Position numbers and translations under genes: made by a program. From Fibrobacterales bacterium (GTDB lineage: Bacteria; Fibrobacterota; Fibrobacteria; Fibrobacterales; JAOPTW01), in contig JAOPTW010000006.1 in assembly GCA_051532035.1 (NCBI GenBank), forward strand, positions 64,001 through 128,000: a DNA stretch of 64,000 nt, written 5' to 3'. The notes below the pieces were generated by a model. It did no database searches. It saw nothing but the letters and a program-made list of their open reading frames with translations, and was not told the DNA's origin. Of this stretch, positions 32,080 through 42,267 are shown piece after piece. Position 1 is the first letter of the stretch. Every line of letters begins with the position of its first letter.

Positions 32080-32724
32080 CTAAATATGCTCTACAACTTC
32101 TTCGAAGGGAAATCGTGATTTTTTGAGTCGCGATGGATTGGTCGCATCATCAGCATGGGGATAACCAATAGCAAGCACTACAACGGTTTTATACTCAGGG
32201 CCCATACCAAGAATTTTATTCATCGCCCCTTTGCGGATACCTTCCATAGGAAGTGAGCCAACACCCAATGTCGCACAAGTGGCCATAACATACCCGAATG
32301 CAAGATAGAGTTGATTGCGCACCCAAGCCTTACCCCCCAAACCTTTAGACATGAGCCAGAAAAATCCTGCAAGTTTACTCGGCGAAATCCCACGACGTTT
32401 CATAAGTATCTGAAACATCTCGGTTATAGCAACCACACGCTTAATGTGCTTTAATGAAGCCTTCTTTTGAGCAAAGACAAGCAGATGTGAGCACTCTTCA
32501 ATTCTCTTTCCATTGGTATCGCGACCTGCCGCCGCTAACCTCTGCTTAATTTCAGGGTTCTCTACAACAAAAAGCTTCCACGCTTGGAGATTAATAGATG
32601 AGGGCGCAAGATGAAATGATTTTTTGATAATCTCAAGATCCGCTTCGTTCACTTTTTTATCAGTATCAAACTTTTTAACACTGTACCGTGCTTGCAACTG
32701 CTCTAGGGTCATCTGCCACTCCAC
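32080..32724 (-). CDS. Nitroreductase family protein
   Basis: RYSVKKFD, LAPSSINLQAW, PMEG, IGY, KSR. Confidence 0.88.
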   Translation of the reverse strand: MEWQMTLEQLQARYSVKKFDTDKKVNEADLEIIKKSFHLAPSSINLQAWKLFVVENPEIKQRLAAAGRDTNGKRIEECSHLLVFAQKKASLKHIKRVVAITEMFQILMKRRGISPSKLAGFFWLMSKGLGGKAWVRNQLYLAFGYVMATCATLGVGSLPMEGIRKGAMNKILGMGPEYKTVVVLAIGYPHADDATNPSRLKKSRFPFEEVVEHI

Positions 32725-32878
32725 TCTATGTTGTATCGATACAGAAATAGGTTATTATATATCAACTGCCTATGCTCTATCACACATTAATACACTCTAA
32801 CGCACATCTTATCAACCTTACACAACAGCTGAACAACTGATCACCATTCGATACGCTACTCTGGCACTTTCTTTGTTG

Positions 32879-32890
32879 TGAAACGTTTCA
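32879..32890. promoter_or_regulatory. LacI-family-type operator palindrome
   Basis: Perfect palindrome TGAAACGTTTCA, 20 bp upstream of the SemiSWEET start. Confidence 0.5.
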
Positions 32891-32910
32891 AATAAAGGTA
32901 TCTTATTTTT

Positions 32911-33168
32911 ATGAATCAAAAATATGTTACCGCAATCGGCTGGACCGCCTCACTTATGGCGATCACTATGTATTTCTCTCATATTGATCAAATACTGCTC
33001 AATCTTGATGGTCATAAAGGGTCGATACTGCTCCCTGCAGTTACTACTCTCAACGCATTTTTTTGGACGCTTTATGGCACATTTAAAGAGAAAAAAGATT
33101 GGCCAATTATCGTCTGTAATTGCCCAGGAATTCTTCTAGGAATAGCCTCAACCGCGACATCCCTCTAA
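32911..33168 (+). CDS. SemiSWEET family sugar transporter
   Basis: 85 aa, three TM helices, IDQI, WTLYG, DWPIIVCNCPG. Confidence 0.8.
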   Translation: MNQKYVTAIGWTASLMAITMYFSHIDQILLNLDGHKGSILLPAVTTLNAFFWTLYGTFKEKKDWPIIVCNCPGILLGIASTATSL

Positions 33169-33171
33169 AAA

Positions 33172-34332
33172 TTACCATTCTACATAGAGCCCATCAATAT
33201 AGAAGTCCCCACTACTCTCATCACCCTGCTGCTCTAACAGTATTAAGAACTTGTTTGCCCACTGCAAACTTTCTTCAAGATCGGCCCCCTGCGGTAAACC
33301 ATCTGCCCATTGGCCCGTAGGACCCGTTTGATAGAGTTGCCACTCTGAATCGGGATACGAAGGTTTACTACACGCCAGTGTTTGAAGAATATCTGATTCA
33401 AAACAGATTTGGTGTGTATAGGAACCTGAACCTTTTACCAAATAGTGCATATTCTTAATTTCACGCACATCAAAAGGAGCAACAAATTGATCCGTTGTAA
33501 GAAAAAAGCCCAGACCTGCATAAGAACCCGGAGCCCCTAATTCGAGATGATACGCCGCTACTTTATTACCACTCTGTGGCTCGGTAAAAAGGTGCCCACC
33601 ATCAGTACCTATAAAAGTTATTGCAGTACCTCCCCCCTGTATCCCGTCAGTATAGGGCCACCACTGTGAACCCCATTCATTTTCCATAGACCCAAGTTCA
33701 TGTTCAAAATCATCAATAGAATGCAATCCTTCATTAAACAAGCTATAGCGATCGTTATACTCGAGACGCACGGTATCCAATTCCAATACTATCGTATCCT
33801 TCATGTAGAACACTCTTCCGGTGCCTTCACCCGAGGTATTTGAAAAAACTTCAACCTCATACCGTCCCTGAGGCAGATTGCCCAGTACCCCTTTACCCTC
33901 TTGCAACACATCATAATAAGGTAATCCTGCCACCTGAACAAAGACAGAGGCAGAATCAGGGAGTGGCTCAATTGACACGGTAATGACACTACTCGCACCC
34001 AGAATAAAATTCTCTCCATGCTCACTATCCACTCGGCTTTCTGAATAGATCCACCCCGACTCTCCATTTGTCGCCCGAGCAAAAACTTCATAAGCACCAT
34101 CAGGAATAGTCTCGAAAAAAAACTCTCCACTCAGGCTTGTTAACACGCTATCAGTAATAACCCCATATTCATTGAGTAGATACACTGAAGCGCCCTCAGC
34201 TTCTGACTTATCTGATAAAAGAAGTTTCCCCGCCACACCATTAGGCACATCATCTGGAATCACTAACACCTCTTCCTGAGATCGACTACATGCCCCCAAC
34301 AGTAAAAAGAGCAGTATACACCACCATTTCAT
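33172..34332 (-). CDS. Lipoprotein with carboxypeptidase-regulatory-like domain and CBM11/CIA30-like domain
   Basis: Lipobox LGAC; IDDFE..WWPYTD..AGLGF..FYIDGL; similar to 55883-57073. Confidence 0.6.
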   Translation of the reverse strand: MKWWCILLFLLLGACSRSQEEVLVIPDDVPNGVAGKLLLSDKSEAEGASVYLLNEYGVITDSVLTSLSGEFFFETIPDGAYEVFARATNGESGWIYSESRVDSEHGENFILGASSVITVSIEPLPDSASVFVQVAGLPYYDVLQEGKGVLGNLPQGRYEVEVFSNTSGEGTGRVFYMKDTIVLELDTVRLEYNDRYSLFNEGLHSIDDFEHELGSMENEWGSQWWPYTDGIQGGGTAITFIGTDGGHLFTEPQSGNKVAAYHLELGAPGSYAGLGFFLTTDQFVAPFDVREIKNMHYLVKGSGSYTHQICFESDILQTLACSKPSYPDSEWQLYQTGPTGQWADGLPQGADLEESLQWANKFLILLEQQGDESSGDFYIDGLYVEW

Positions 34333-34740
34333 ACTAACTCCACATAAAAATATTGACTCGGGCCCAATATGAGGTTCACCACCCCATCCTCACCTTGGTC
34401 CTCTTTACTGTATTGTACCATCCGTTAAACACAATCTGCAATGTTTTAACAAAAAAAGTGTTGTTTTTTGAGCCAAACCACCAATCAATCGAACGATGCA
34501 TTCTTACCCCATTTATTACTCTCTATCAATACACCATCCCCAACCCCCGAGAGTAGAAAACAACAGTAAAAATCGAGTAGAGCACACTCTAATCTCAATC
34601 CTCACCCTTTGACACGTATGGACATTTTAACCGCATCTAGTTTATAGATTTCTAAAGCCCCAGCCGAAGACTTTTATTTACCATCTTAAAAACACCCCAA
34701 AAAACCGTAATTCAAGCAATACTAAGCAAAATAAGTACAT

Positions 34741-34774
34741 TTGTTGACATTTTTATCATTTTTGTGGACATTTT
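34741..34774. promoter_or_regulatory. Direct repeat with 21-bp period upstream of GH31
   Basis: TTGTTGACATTTT (34741) and TTGTGGACATTTT (34762); partial copy TGGACATTTT at 34619. Confidence 0.45.
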
Positions 34775-34959
34775 ATTTGTAAATAATTGCAAATATTCCC
34801 TTATTTCATCTTTATATGTAGGAAGAATAGAACTCTTTTGTGTACATTTAATATCGGGACACGATGCCTCATTAGGAGAGGTATTATTAATTGAATAGAT
34901 ACATGAGGAGCGGCTTCTTACAGCTTTCAGCATCTCTGTATTGAACATCACGAGGGACT

Positions 34960-37104
34960 ATGAGATTACTTACGAAAGTAACTGGTATGGCTATAGCTAT
35001 ACTCTTTTCGAGCGCAACCATGACACAAGCAGCAGAGCTCGATCCTGTATTTTGGCAACCAAAAGACCACGCAATGCTCCCCAAGTGGGCATATGGATAC
35101 TGGCAAGTGGGCTTTGCACCCGTACCTGCAGACAATGCAGCAGAAGTACTCCAACTCGCTCAAGAACACCGCAACAGCGAACACCCTGGCGACGTATGGA
35201 TTCTCGATCTCGGTTCATGGAACTGTACTCCTGTCGGATCAGATGGATGGGCATCAGAGGATTGGTGTGCGGGAAAATTTGACGACCCTGCTGATTTTAT
35301 CAAGAAAATGAACGACATGAACTGGCACATCGGCATCAATTACCACCCTTGGGGCCACCAAGATGCACAACCAAAACAAGAATATATCAACACCCTTATC
35401 AGAGATGCCCAGTATGGCTCTGAAATTCCATGGATTGACATTAGATCAAATGACCCCATTTGGTGGATGTGGGATGCCACGGCAGAATTCTGGAAAAACA
35501 ACGGCAACAAACGAAACATGATGCTAAACTACTTAGGAAGCTTTAGCTATGGCGATCTCGACCAAGACCACGACTGGGATCTTGGCAAAGATGCAGCATT
35601 CCCTTCTTACTGGACCGGCGACACAGAACCAAGCTGGAGAAACTTTAATGATCAAGTAAAACGTATTACTCACGACGGCGCTTGGGACGGCCTTTACACC
35701 CTCCATATGGACACCCCGGGCCACTTTTTCCTTGACATGAAAGAGTATCCAGAACTCACAGCACGCACCGTACTCTTTTCTGACTGGTCACCCCTCGTAC
35801 AGCAACATGGACAAGGCGGACGACTCGTGAAACAAGCGACTCAAGAAGTACAAGAGATCATGATTAAATCTCGTAAACTGAGATATCGCCTGATGCCCTA
35901 TATCTATACTCTGAACTGGGAGATGTGGGCAAAAGCACTTCCAATCACTCGCCCAATGGATATGATGTTCCCCAATGACAACAGCGTTAAAGACGACTAC
36001 CAACAATATATGTTTGGTAACAACTTTCTCGTAGCACCTGTCATTTCTGATCGTCACGATAATGATGAAAAAGCAAAGGATTTTGGTTCATCGACAATGG
36101 AAATTACCCTCCCACAAGACAAAGAGTGGATTGACTACTGGAGTCATGAAGAGCATGCCGGCGGAACAACTCTCGACTACGATGTAACTGATTGGGGCAA
36201 AATACCCATATTTGTCGCCAAAGGCTCTATCATACCAATGGGACCAACTATTAAATGGATTGAACCCTCTGAACACCCTGACCCATTAACTCTCGACATC
36301 TTCCCAGCAAAGAGCGGCGAAGAAGCAACATTCACCATGTACGATGATGACGGTGAAACACTTGAATATAAGAGCGACAAAGGTGCAACAACAACCTTTA
36401 CTGCCGCAACAACAGATAAGACCATCACATTCACCATCGCCGCTGCAGATGGCGATTACGCTGGTAGACCTTCAGATCGTGGCTACATTGTAAAACTCAA
36501 TCTTCAAGACGTTAAAGCAGCTGAAGTATATGTGAACGGTGAAGAAATCTCTGAGACCTCTTCGGTATCTGATATCCTTGATGGCAAGACTGAAAACGGC
36601 TGGGCATTTGACGCCAATAAAAAGACTGCCTATGTTGCGTTTAGAGCATCAACTGATGAAAAGTCAACAGTGGTCTACAGCATTGAAGGCGGGCTCCCTG
36701 CTGAAGACCTTAGCTCGGAATCAACCCCTTCTTCTGATGAAGAGAGCTCTTCTGAGAAAGATGCAGAAAGTTCACAAGCCTCTGACGAAGTATCAAGTAG
36801 CGACGATGAAATTGGTGAAGGTTCAAGTGCGCAAGACGAAAGCTCAGACGAACCATCTCCCAAAGAGTCAAGCCAAGATACATCACCACTTACTTGGAAG
36901 AGCGCAAAAGGTATTACTGCCGGCCTTATTCCAGTAGTACACATTCAAGATGCGCCACTCAGTATTGATGTTCCTCAAGGAACAACTATGATTACCGTAT
37001 TCAGTATCACTGGCGAGGTAATGCTGCAGTCTTCTGTAAAAGAAGCCTCACGCAATACTCTCCCCCAATCACTGCCTCATGGAATGCTCTTTATTAAATA
37101 CTAA
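34960..37104 (+). CDS. Secreted glycoside hydrolase family 31 with DUF5110-like domain, Ser/Glu linker and C-terminal sorting-like domain
   Basis: PKWAYGYWQ, WID (nucleophile position), WTGD (acid/base), LRYRLMPYIY, QYMFG..LVAPV, IPIFVAKGSIIP, YDDDG. Confidence 0.85.
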   Translation: MRLLTKVTGMAIAILFSSATMTQAAELDPVFWQPKDHAMLPKWAYGYWQVGFAPVPADNAAEVLQLAQEHRNSEHPGDVWILDLGSWNCTPVGSDGWASEDWCAGKFDDPADFIKKMNDMNWHIGINYHPWGHQDAQPKQEYINTLIRDAQYGSEIPWIDIRSNDPIWWMWDATAEFWKNNGNKRNMMLNYLGSFSYGDLDQDHDWDLGKDAAFPSYWTGDTEPSWRNFNDQVKRITHDGAWDGLYTLHMDTPGHFFLDMKEYPELTARTVLFSDWSPLVQQHGQGGRLVKQATQEVQEIMIKSRKLRYRLMPYIYTLNWEMWAKALPITRPMDMMFPNDNSVKDDYQQYMFGNNFLVAPVISDRHDNDEKAKDFGSSTMEITLPQDKEWIDYWSHEEHAGGTTLDYDVTDWGKIPIFVAKGSIIPMGPTIKWIEPSEHPDPLTLDIFPAKSGEEATFTMYDDDGETLEYKSDKGATTTFTAATTDKTITFTIAAADGDYAGRPSDRGYIVKLNLQDVKAAEVYVNGEEISETSSVSDILDGKTENGWAFDANKKTAYVAFRASTDEKSTVVYSIEGGLPAEDLSSESTPSSDEESSSEKDAESSQASDEVSSSDDEIGEGSSAQDESSDEPSPKESSQDTSPLTWKSAKGITAGLIPVVHIQDAPLSIDVPQGTTMITVFSITGEVMLQSSVKEASRNTLPQSLPHGMLFIKY

Positions 37105-37154
37105 AGAACCCCATTTAATACCCATAATTGAAATAGCGCCCTCTATTTCAATGA

Positions 37155-37192
37155 AAACCCTTTCTGCCTTATGGCGGGAAGGGTTTCTTTTT
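37155..37192. terminator. Terminator between convergent genes
   Basis: AAACCCTTTCTGCC-ttat-GGCGGGAAGGGTTT followed by T-run. Confidence 0.7.
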
Positions 37193-37194
37193 AT

Positions 37195-38253
37195 CTATTC
37201 ACCACCCAGCATCTCGCCTGCAATTGCACTACGAAAACGGTTAATCCTCTCTGGAGTACTCTCTCTGTTGGGCCAGGTACCATTTGAAAGGAGCACCATC
37301 GCCCTTCCTTTAGACACATCTCCCAACAGATTACACCCAGTGAATCCCGTCTTTCCAAAAGTTTGCTTGGTTCTACCCACACCCATATAGCGTTCTTGAT
37401 TAAGCTCAAAACCAAGGCCCGTAAAAAGACCTATCGATTGAATCTGGTTTGTCCATACTTGCTCAGCAATTGATTCACTTATAAATTGAGCTCCATTATA
37501 CGAACCCTTATTTAATAGCATCTCCATGGCGTTCAATAGATCGGGCACCGTAGAGAAGAGCCCTGCAGAGCCCGCTACAAAAAGTTCTCTGAGGCTATAG
37601 GCACTTTCATCATGCACCTCACCTTGAATAACACGCCCTCTCCAAGCGTCATCTTCTGAAGGGACAATAGCAGAGAGCTCGAAGTGTTTCTTTGGGAAAA
37701 AACCAGTACTGTGCATCATAAGAGGATCAAACACCTCTCTTTGAGCAGCCTCTTCAAAAGGCATACTATAGAGCTCACTCATCAAAATACCCAGCACAAT
37801 ACTCGAAGCATTACAATAACAAAAGGACTCCCCAGGCGGCAAATTAAACGGATGAGTGTAGAGTTTTTCAAGGATTTCAATAGGGAGTCGATCTTTTAAA
37901 CCAGCGAGAGAAAAACGATAATCAACGGTATGGGTCAAGAGGTGTTTTACCAGTACTTCTTTTTCAATACCCACTTGATAACCATCGATATACTTATTGA
38001 CTGGGTCTTCAAGGGATAGTTCACCTGCATCAAGTAACTTCAGTGCAAGAAGTGCAGTGGGTACCGATTTGGTAATTGAAGCACAGTCATAGAGCGACTG
38101 ATTAGTAACCGGAGCTTCATTGTCGTAGGTATGAAACCCAAATGGGGCTATACTTCGTGCACCACTCCTATCAACAATGCCAACACAACAACCCGGAAAG
38201 AGTTGATCTTCAATTGCATCAGAGACATATCTAGAAAGAGCACTACTCAACAT
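37195..38253 (-). CDS. Serine hydrolase, beta-lactamase class C-like
   Basis: SITK (SxxK), LLTHT, YCN, GEVHDE, GKTGFTG. Confidence 0.85.
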   Translation of the reverse strand: MLSSALSRYVSDAIEDQLFPGCCVGIVDRSGARSIAPFGFHTYDNEAPVTNQSLYDCASITKSVPTALLALKLLDAGELSLEDPVNKYIDGYQVGIEKEVLVKHLLTHTVDYRFSLAGLKDRLPIEILEKLYTHPFNLPPGESFCYCNASSIVLGILMSELYSMPFEEAAQREVFDPLMMHSTGFFPKKHFELSAIVPSEDDAWRGRVIQGEVHDESAYSLRELFVAGSAGLFSTVPDLLNAMEMLLNKGSYNGAQFISESIAEQVWTNQIQSIGLFTGLGFELNQERYMGVGRTKQTFGKTGFTGCNLLGDVSKGRAMVLLSNGTWPNRESTPERINRFRSAIAGEMLGGE

Positions 38254-38387
38254 ACCGTCACCCCACTCAATTATTTTATCATCAATCTAAAAATTTTTAA
38301 ATATGATTGCCCGATAAATTTAAGCGACACCTGTCATTATACATCTCATTGTAACGAGCGAACTCCCCCCCCCCTCTAGATCAACTC

Positions 38388-39743
38388 TTAAAACTCTATA
38401 CAGATACGACAGAAAGGATTCACCCGCCCTTGGAGGTCGTAGCGGATTTTTTCAGATACTCCAATAGGCGATTCATGACCCTCAATAAAAAGGCGGGCGG
38501 TAGATCCACTACTACTCGAAACCGTTTCTTGAGAACTTGATACCAGTGTTTCAGATGAAAGCCCCATTTGTGAGCTTTCTCCTTCCCCAAACTCTTCTGA
38601 TGAATAATGAAGCGACATACTCGAGCTAGAAGTACTCGAACTTGATAAAGCTCCATCAGAGCTATTGTCAGAACTCCCCTCAGCACTACTCATAGGGATA
38701 ACCTCAGTTGTACCATCATCATGATTCACAATAATTTCAGGATAGAGATGGTCCATGTCATAACTTAAAGTTGCACCAGCGCTACATTCCTCACCACACT
38801 CTTCAGGAAAGGGCGCCTCATAGACTCTCCCCTCAAAAACAAAATTGCCATCAAGGTCTTTAACCTTTACGAGAATTACATCTTGCTGTGCATCAGGCAT
38901 AATCCACTGCTGCCCCATATCACCCTCTTGAGAAGCCTCGACCCATGTGGTGTCAGAACCTTCAACCACTCCTTGAACTGCACCACTAATACCATTGGGC
39001 AGATTGGTAAACAGAAGTCTCAACCATCCCTTTTCCTTGGACCCCTTCGTGTACCAGATATGAATATCCCCTCGATATTTTGGATTTTTAACAAAACGCC
39101 ATGAAACTTGGCGATTATTGAAAAACTCCGTCTCCCATAGCCCGCTCCCCCTTAAAAACGCGAAAGGATCTATATACGAACCATCATCATACTGAAAAGC
39201 ATTGAGAGACTCAGTATGAATATCCACATGATACTTACTGTCACGACACCAAACATTGCCATCCGAACACTGGTCTGTTACAATGGCATACATCTTAGTA
39301 TCATTCTTATCATCGCTATACCAACCCGTATTATTATTACAGATAGTTGTACCTTCTGCACCCGAATTACCATATTGGCTATCGCACTCATCACCTAAGG
39401 TAATCTCGATCCAACGTCCACAATTAAAACCGTTATTATACATTCCGAGATAAGGGTCACTCGGATCAAGAGGACGAGACCCATAATCCCCGGGTGCCTT
39501 ATGATAGGAACCCGGCTCATTAAATACGTTCAGTGCAACAAAGTTATTTTCATCAAGACCAACCAGTGCGCTGTCCTGACCATCGTAATCAAGAACAGCC
39601 TGAGGAACACCACAGGCTCCATATGGAGCTCCTAATAACTGAAAATGCGTCGCAGCACCTTCCCGAATACGATTATCAGATAGATGCCCTTCATCGCCAA
39701 ACGAAAAAATTACGAAACAGAGAATTAAAAGAAATACTTTCAT
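38388..39743 (-). CDS. Secreted expansin-like (DPBB/GH45-like) protein with Ser-rich linker
   Basis: Signal peptide; ATHF..GACG, VALN, NCGRWIEI, VTDQC, HVDI, SWRFV; aromatic second domain; tail RYDLQGR. Confidence 0.65.
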   Translation of the reverse strand: MKVFLLILCFVIFSFGDEGHLSDNRIREGAATHFQLLGAPYGACGVPQAVLDYDGQDSALVGLDENNFVALNVFNEPGSYHKAPGDYGSRPLDPSDPYLGMYNNGFNCGRWIEITLGDECDSQYGNSGAEGTTICNNNTGWYSDDKNDTKMYAIVTDQCSDGNVWCRDSKYHVDIHTESLNAFQYDDGSYIDPFAFLRGSGLWETEFFNNRQVSWRFVKNPKYRGDIHIWYTKGSKEKGWLRLLFTNLPNGISGAVQGVVEGSDTTWVEASQEGDMGQQWIMPDAQQDVILVKVKDLDGNFVFEGRVYEAPFPEECGEECSAGATLSYDMDHLYPEIIVNHDDGTTEVIPMSSAEGSSDNSSDGALSSSSTSSSSMSLHYSSEEFGEGESSQMGLSSETLVSSSQETVSSSSGSTARLFIEGHESPIGVSEKIRYDLQGRVNPFCRICIEF

Positions 39744-39900
39744 TATATGCCCTCAAATGCTGAACACCCTCTCTTTCACCCAAAAAGAGACGTGTTTTTG
39801 TGTGCCTTATTAACCAATAATATAAGTTATTAGTCTACAGATTCAAATAACCCTCTTATTACTTTGAGTTGAGAAGAGATATTCATTGGTATTTATGCAT

Positions 39901-39931
39901 AAAAAAAGCCACCCCTGAGTAAGGAGCGGCT
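39901..39931 (-). terminator. Intrinsic terminator after MFS gene
   Basis: Minus strand AGCCGCTCCTTACTCAGGGGTGGCT followed by a T-run. Confidence 0.6.
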
Positions 39932-39955
39932 CTAAAAACTAAACGAGAGAAGATG

Positions 39956-41410
39956 TTACGCTTCTTCACCCTCGTGCTGTACTTTACCACGACGCGCTTC
40001 GAGCTCTGCACGAACTTCATGTGCACGTTCTTCAGTAATATCATATTTTGACATAAGATACATAGCAAGTATAGAGGTTACAATAGGAATAACAATATCA
40101 GCAACTCTTAACTGAAATATTGTTTCAGCGCTCTGAGCCCCTGCATTTGGAACATAATCAACCAGTGACAATACTACAAAACTTGTCCCTAAAGCCAATG
40201 CTTGCCCCAACTTAACCATCCACCAGTATACTGCCCCAAAAGTACCTTCACGACGCTCACCCGTATTTAACTCATCGAGGTCACACACATCCGCAGTCAT
40301 AGACATCATAAGTGTAAATAGACCACCGATCCCAAAAGAAAAGAAAGGAAGAGGTAACACCATTAACCAAGGCGTCCCTGGAGTGTATCCCCACCACTTA
40401 AGTCCATACCCGATAATTGCAATAACGGTCGAAATCATAAAAGCTTTTTGCTTGCCATGTTTCTTTGATAAATACGTTATAATCGGAATAGCAAAAAAAC
40501 AAGTACATAAAGCAGTGAGAGAACCAATCAATGAAGGCCACGTTCCAGCAACTCCAATATTCTCAAACATATAACTTGTTGTAATATAAAAAGAGTATTG
40601 AGCCACAGTTTGGAAACCATTAAACACAAGAAAGGTAGTTAAACACAATAACAAGAATGGTTTACAATTAAATGTTTGGGCGATACCTTTAAAGAAATCT
40701 TTCATAATGTCACCCGCTCCAGATAATGACATTTTCTTAGCATCACTTCTTTCTGGCAACACTCTTTCTTTACAAAACAATGCTGGTACGATCGCAAAAA
40801 GAAAACATGCAATGCCAACCCATACCGCTAATGTTCTACAACCAACCACTGCATTCTCATATAATTCTGGGTCATAAATAATAACCCAAAACCAAGGAAC
40901 AACCACCCAAGATATTTGGCCAAACCATTGAGCAATAGCCATTATTCTTGTACGTTCGTTAAAATCAGGAGTCATTTCATACCCTAAAGCAACAAATGGA
41001 GTTGCAAAAATGGTATATCCTAAGTAAAACAATAATGAAAATCCTAGAAAATACCAGAAATTATACGACTCACCATTTTCTGGGTAGATCTGCCACATAA
41101 TGATGTATGCGACACTGGTTACAATAGCACCAATGAAAATAAATGGCTTTCTACGCCCCCATTTTGTTCGCGCATTATCAGAAATATACCCCATAATCGG
41201 ATCTGTTAAAGCGTCCCAAATCCGAGGTGAGGCCGCTAATACGCCCGCTTTCCAGGGGCTCATTCCTAACCCCTCAACCAATACCACAATAAAGACACTT
41301 AATGCCGCTGTGAAAAAATTATTAGCTAACATACCAATACCAAATGCAATTTTTTGACTTATTGGGACGATGTCTTCAGGAGCCGTTTCGTAGTGTTTTA
41401 CTTCACTCAT
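39956..41410 (-). CDS. GPH family (MelB-like) MFS sugar:cation symporter
   Basis: RIWDALTDPIMGYISD, WGRRKP, ERTR, ADVCD, RREG. Confidence 0.9.
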   Translation of the reverse strand: MSEVKHYETAPEDIVPISQKIAFGIGMLANNFFTAALSVFIVVLVEGLGMSPWKAGVLAASPRIWDALTDPIMGYISDNARTKWGRRKPFIFIGAIVTSVAYIIMWQIYPENGESYNFWYFLGFSLLFYLGYTIFATPFVALGYEMTPDFNERTRIMAIAQWFGQISWVVVPWFWVIIYDPELYENAVVGCRTLAVWVGIACFLFAIVPALFCKERVLPERSDAKKMSLSGAGDIMKDFFKGIAQTFNCKPFLLLCLTTFLVFNGFQTVAQYSFYITTSYMFENIGVAGTWPSLIGSLTALCTCFFAIPIITYLSKKHGKQKAFMISTVIAIIGYGLKWWGYTPGTPWLMVLPLPFFSFGIGGLFTLMMSMTADVCDLDELNTGERREGTFGAVYWWMVKLGQALALGTSFVVLSLVDYVPNAGAQSAETIFQLRVADIVIPIVTSILAMYLMSKYDITEERAHEVRAELEARRGKVQHEGEEA

Positions 41411-41615
41411 TCATATCACCTTTTATAAAAATGTTCGTCATATCACCTGACAGTTAGCTAGGAAATTTAGTTAATTACCCCAAATTTCAACGGGTTAAGT
41501 TACAAGATTGAAACTCTCTAACCATATATCAAGCCACTATTCAATAGGGTTGCACGACGGAGAGCTCTCAATCTCACCCTTTTTGTGGAACACCAACACA
41601 CAAACCCATTAAAAC

Positions 41616-41642
41616 AAAAAAAGCAGCCCTTTCGAAGCTGCT
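41616..41642 (-). terminator. Intrinsic terminator
   Basis: Minus strand AGCAGC..GCTGCT followed by a T-run. Confidence 0.6.
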
Positions 41643-41665
41643 ATTTTCAAAATGTATTGACAAGA

Positions 41666-42145
41666 TTATTCTACGACGGTGTAGCCCAATTTTTCAATTG
41701 AGACATAGTCATCACCTTTCTCTTGGTCAATAGAGACCTCAATAGCTCCCGTTTTTGCAGTTGGAACAGCAAACCAGGTTCTATACCGTAAACTGCCGTT
41801 CATTTTTGATTCACGGTTTTTGAGCGCACGACCCTTACGTATAAACTGTGTTGAAAGGATGACCTTTGCATCTTTTGGCACCATGGCATTAAGCCATAGG
41901 TAAACTTTTTCACCTTTTTTAACTGATTTTGAGTCTACTTCAACAGCACAATCATTTTTATGATCACCCTCTTTTACCACCTCTTTACAGAACTTGTATT
42001 CAACAATTACCGCTTCATTTCCTGTATAGTAGTAATCCATAACTTTCGAAACTTCTTGGCCCGTTGGCTTTGCCGCCATAAGGGCAACCACGCCACACAA
42101 AACTATTCCCAATACTTTTTCATTAGATATCCTCAGTTTTCTCAT
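41666..42145 (-). CDS. Secreted hypothetical protein (beta-sandwich, DUF2914-like)
   Basis: Signal-like N-terminus, Cys pair, VYLW, YRTW. Start is ambiguous (see finding). Confidence 0.55.
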   Translation of the reverse strand: MRKLRISNEKVLGIVLCGVVALMAAKPTGQEVSKVMDYYYTGNEAVIVEYKFCKEVVKEGDHKNDCAVEVDSKSVKKGEKVYLWLNAMVPKDAKVILSTQFIRKGRALKNRESKMNGSLRYRTWFAVPTAKTGAIEVSIDQEKGDDYVSIEKLGYTVVE

Positions 42146-42267
42146 TAATAGTGGTTGAAACATACAAAAATACAAAAATACCGCCCCTTTTTTCATTCTG
42201 TAGAATGATTCCATTTAAGAAGCCCCAAGAGCATATATCCCTTTTTTATCCCATTTGATTAATTATA

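Noticed and set aside
34353..34951. Small ORFs 34353-34556 and 34712-34951
   Set aside because: No RBS or motifs, and they overlap an AT-rich divergent promoter region.
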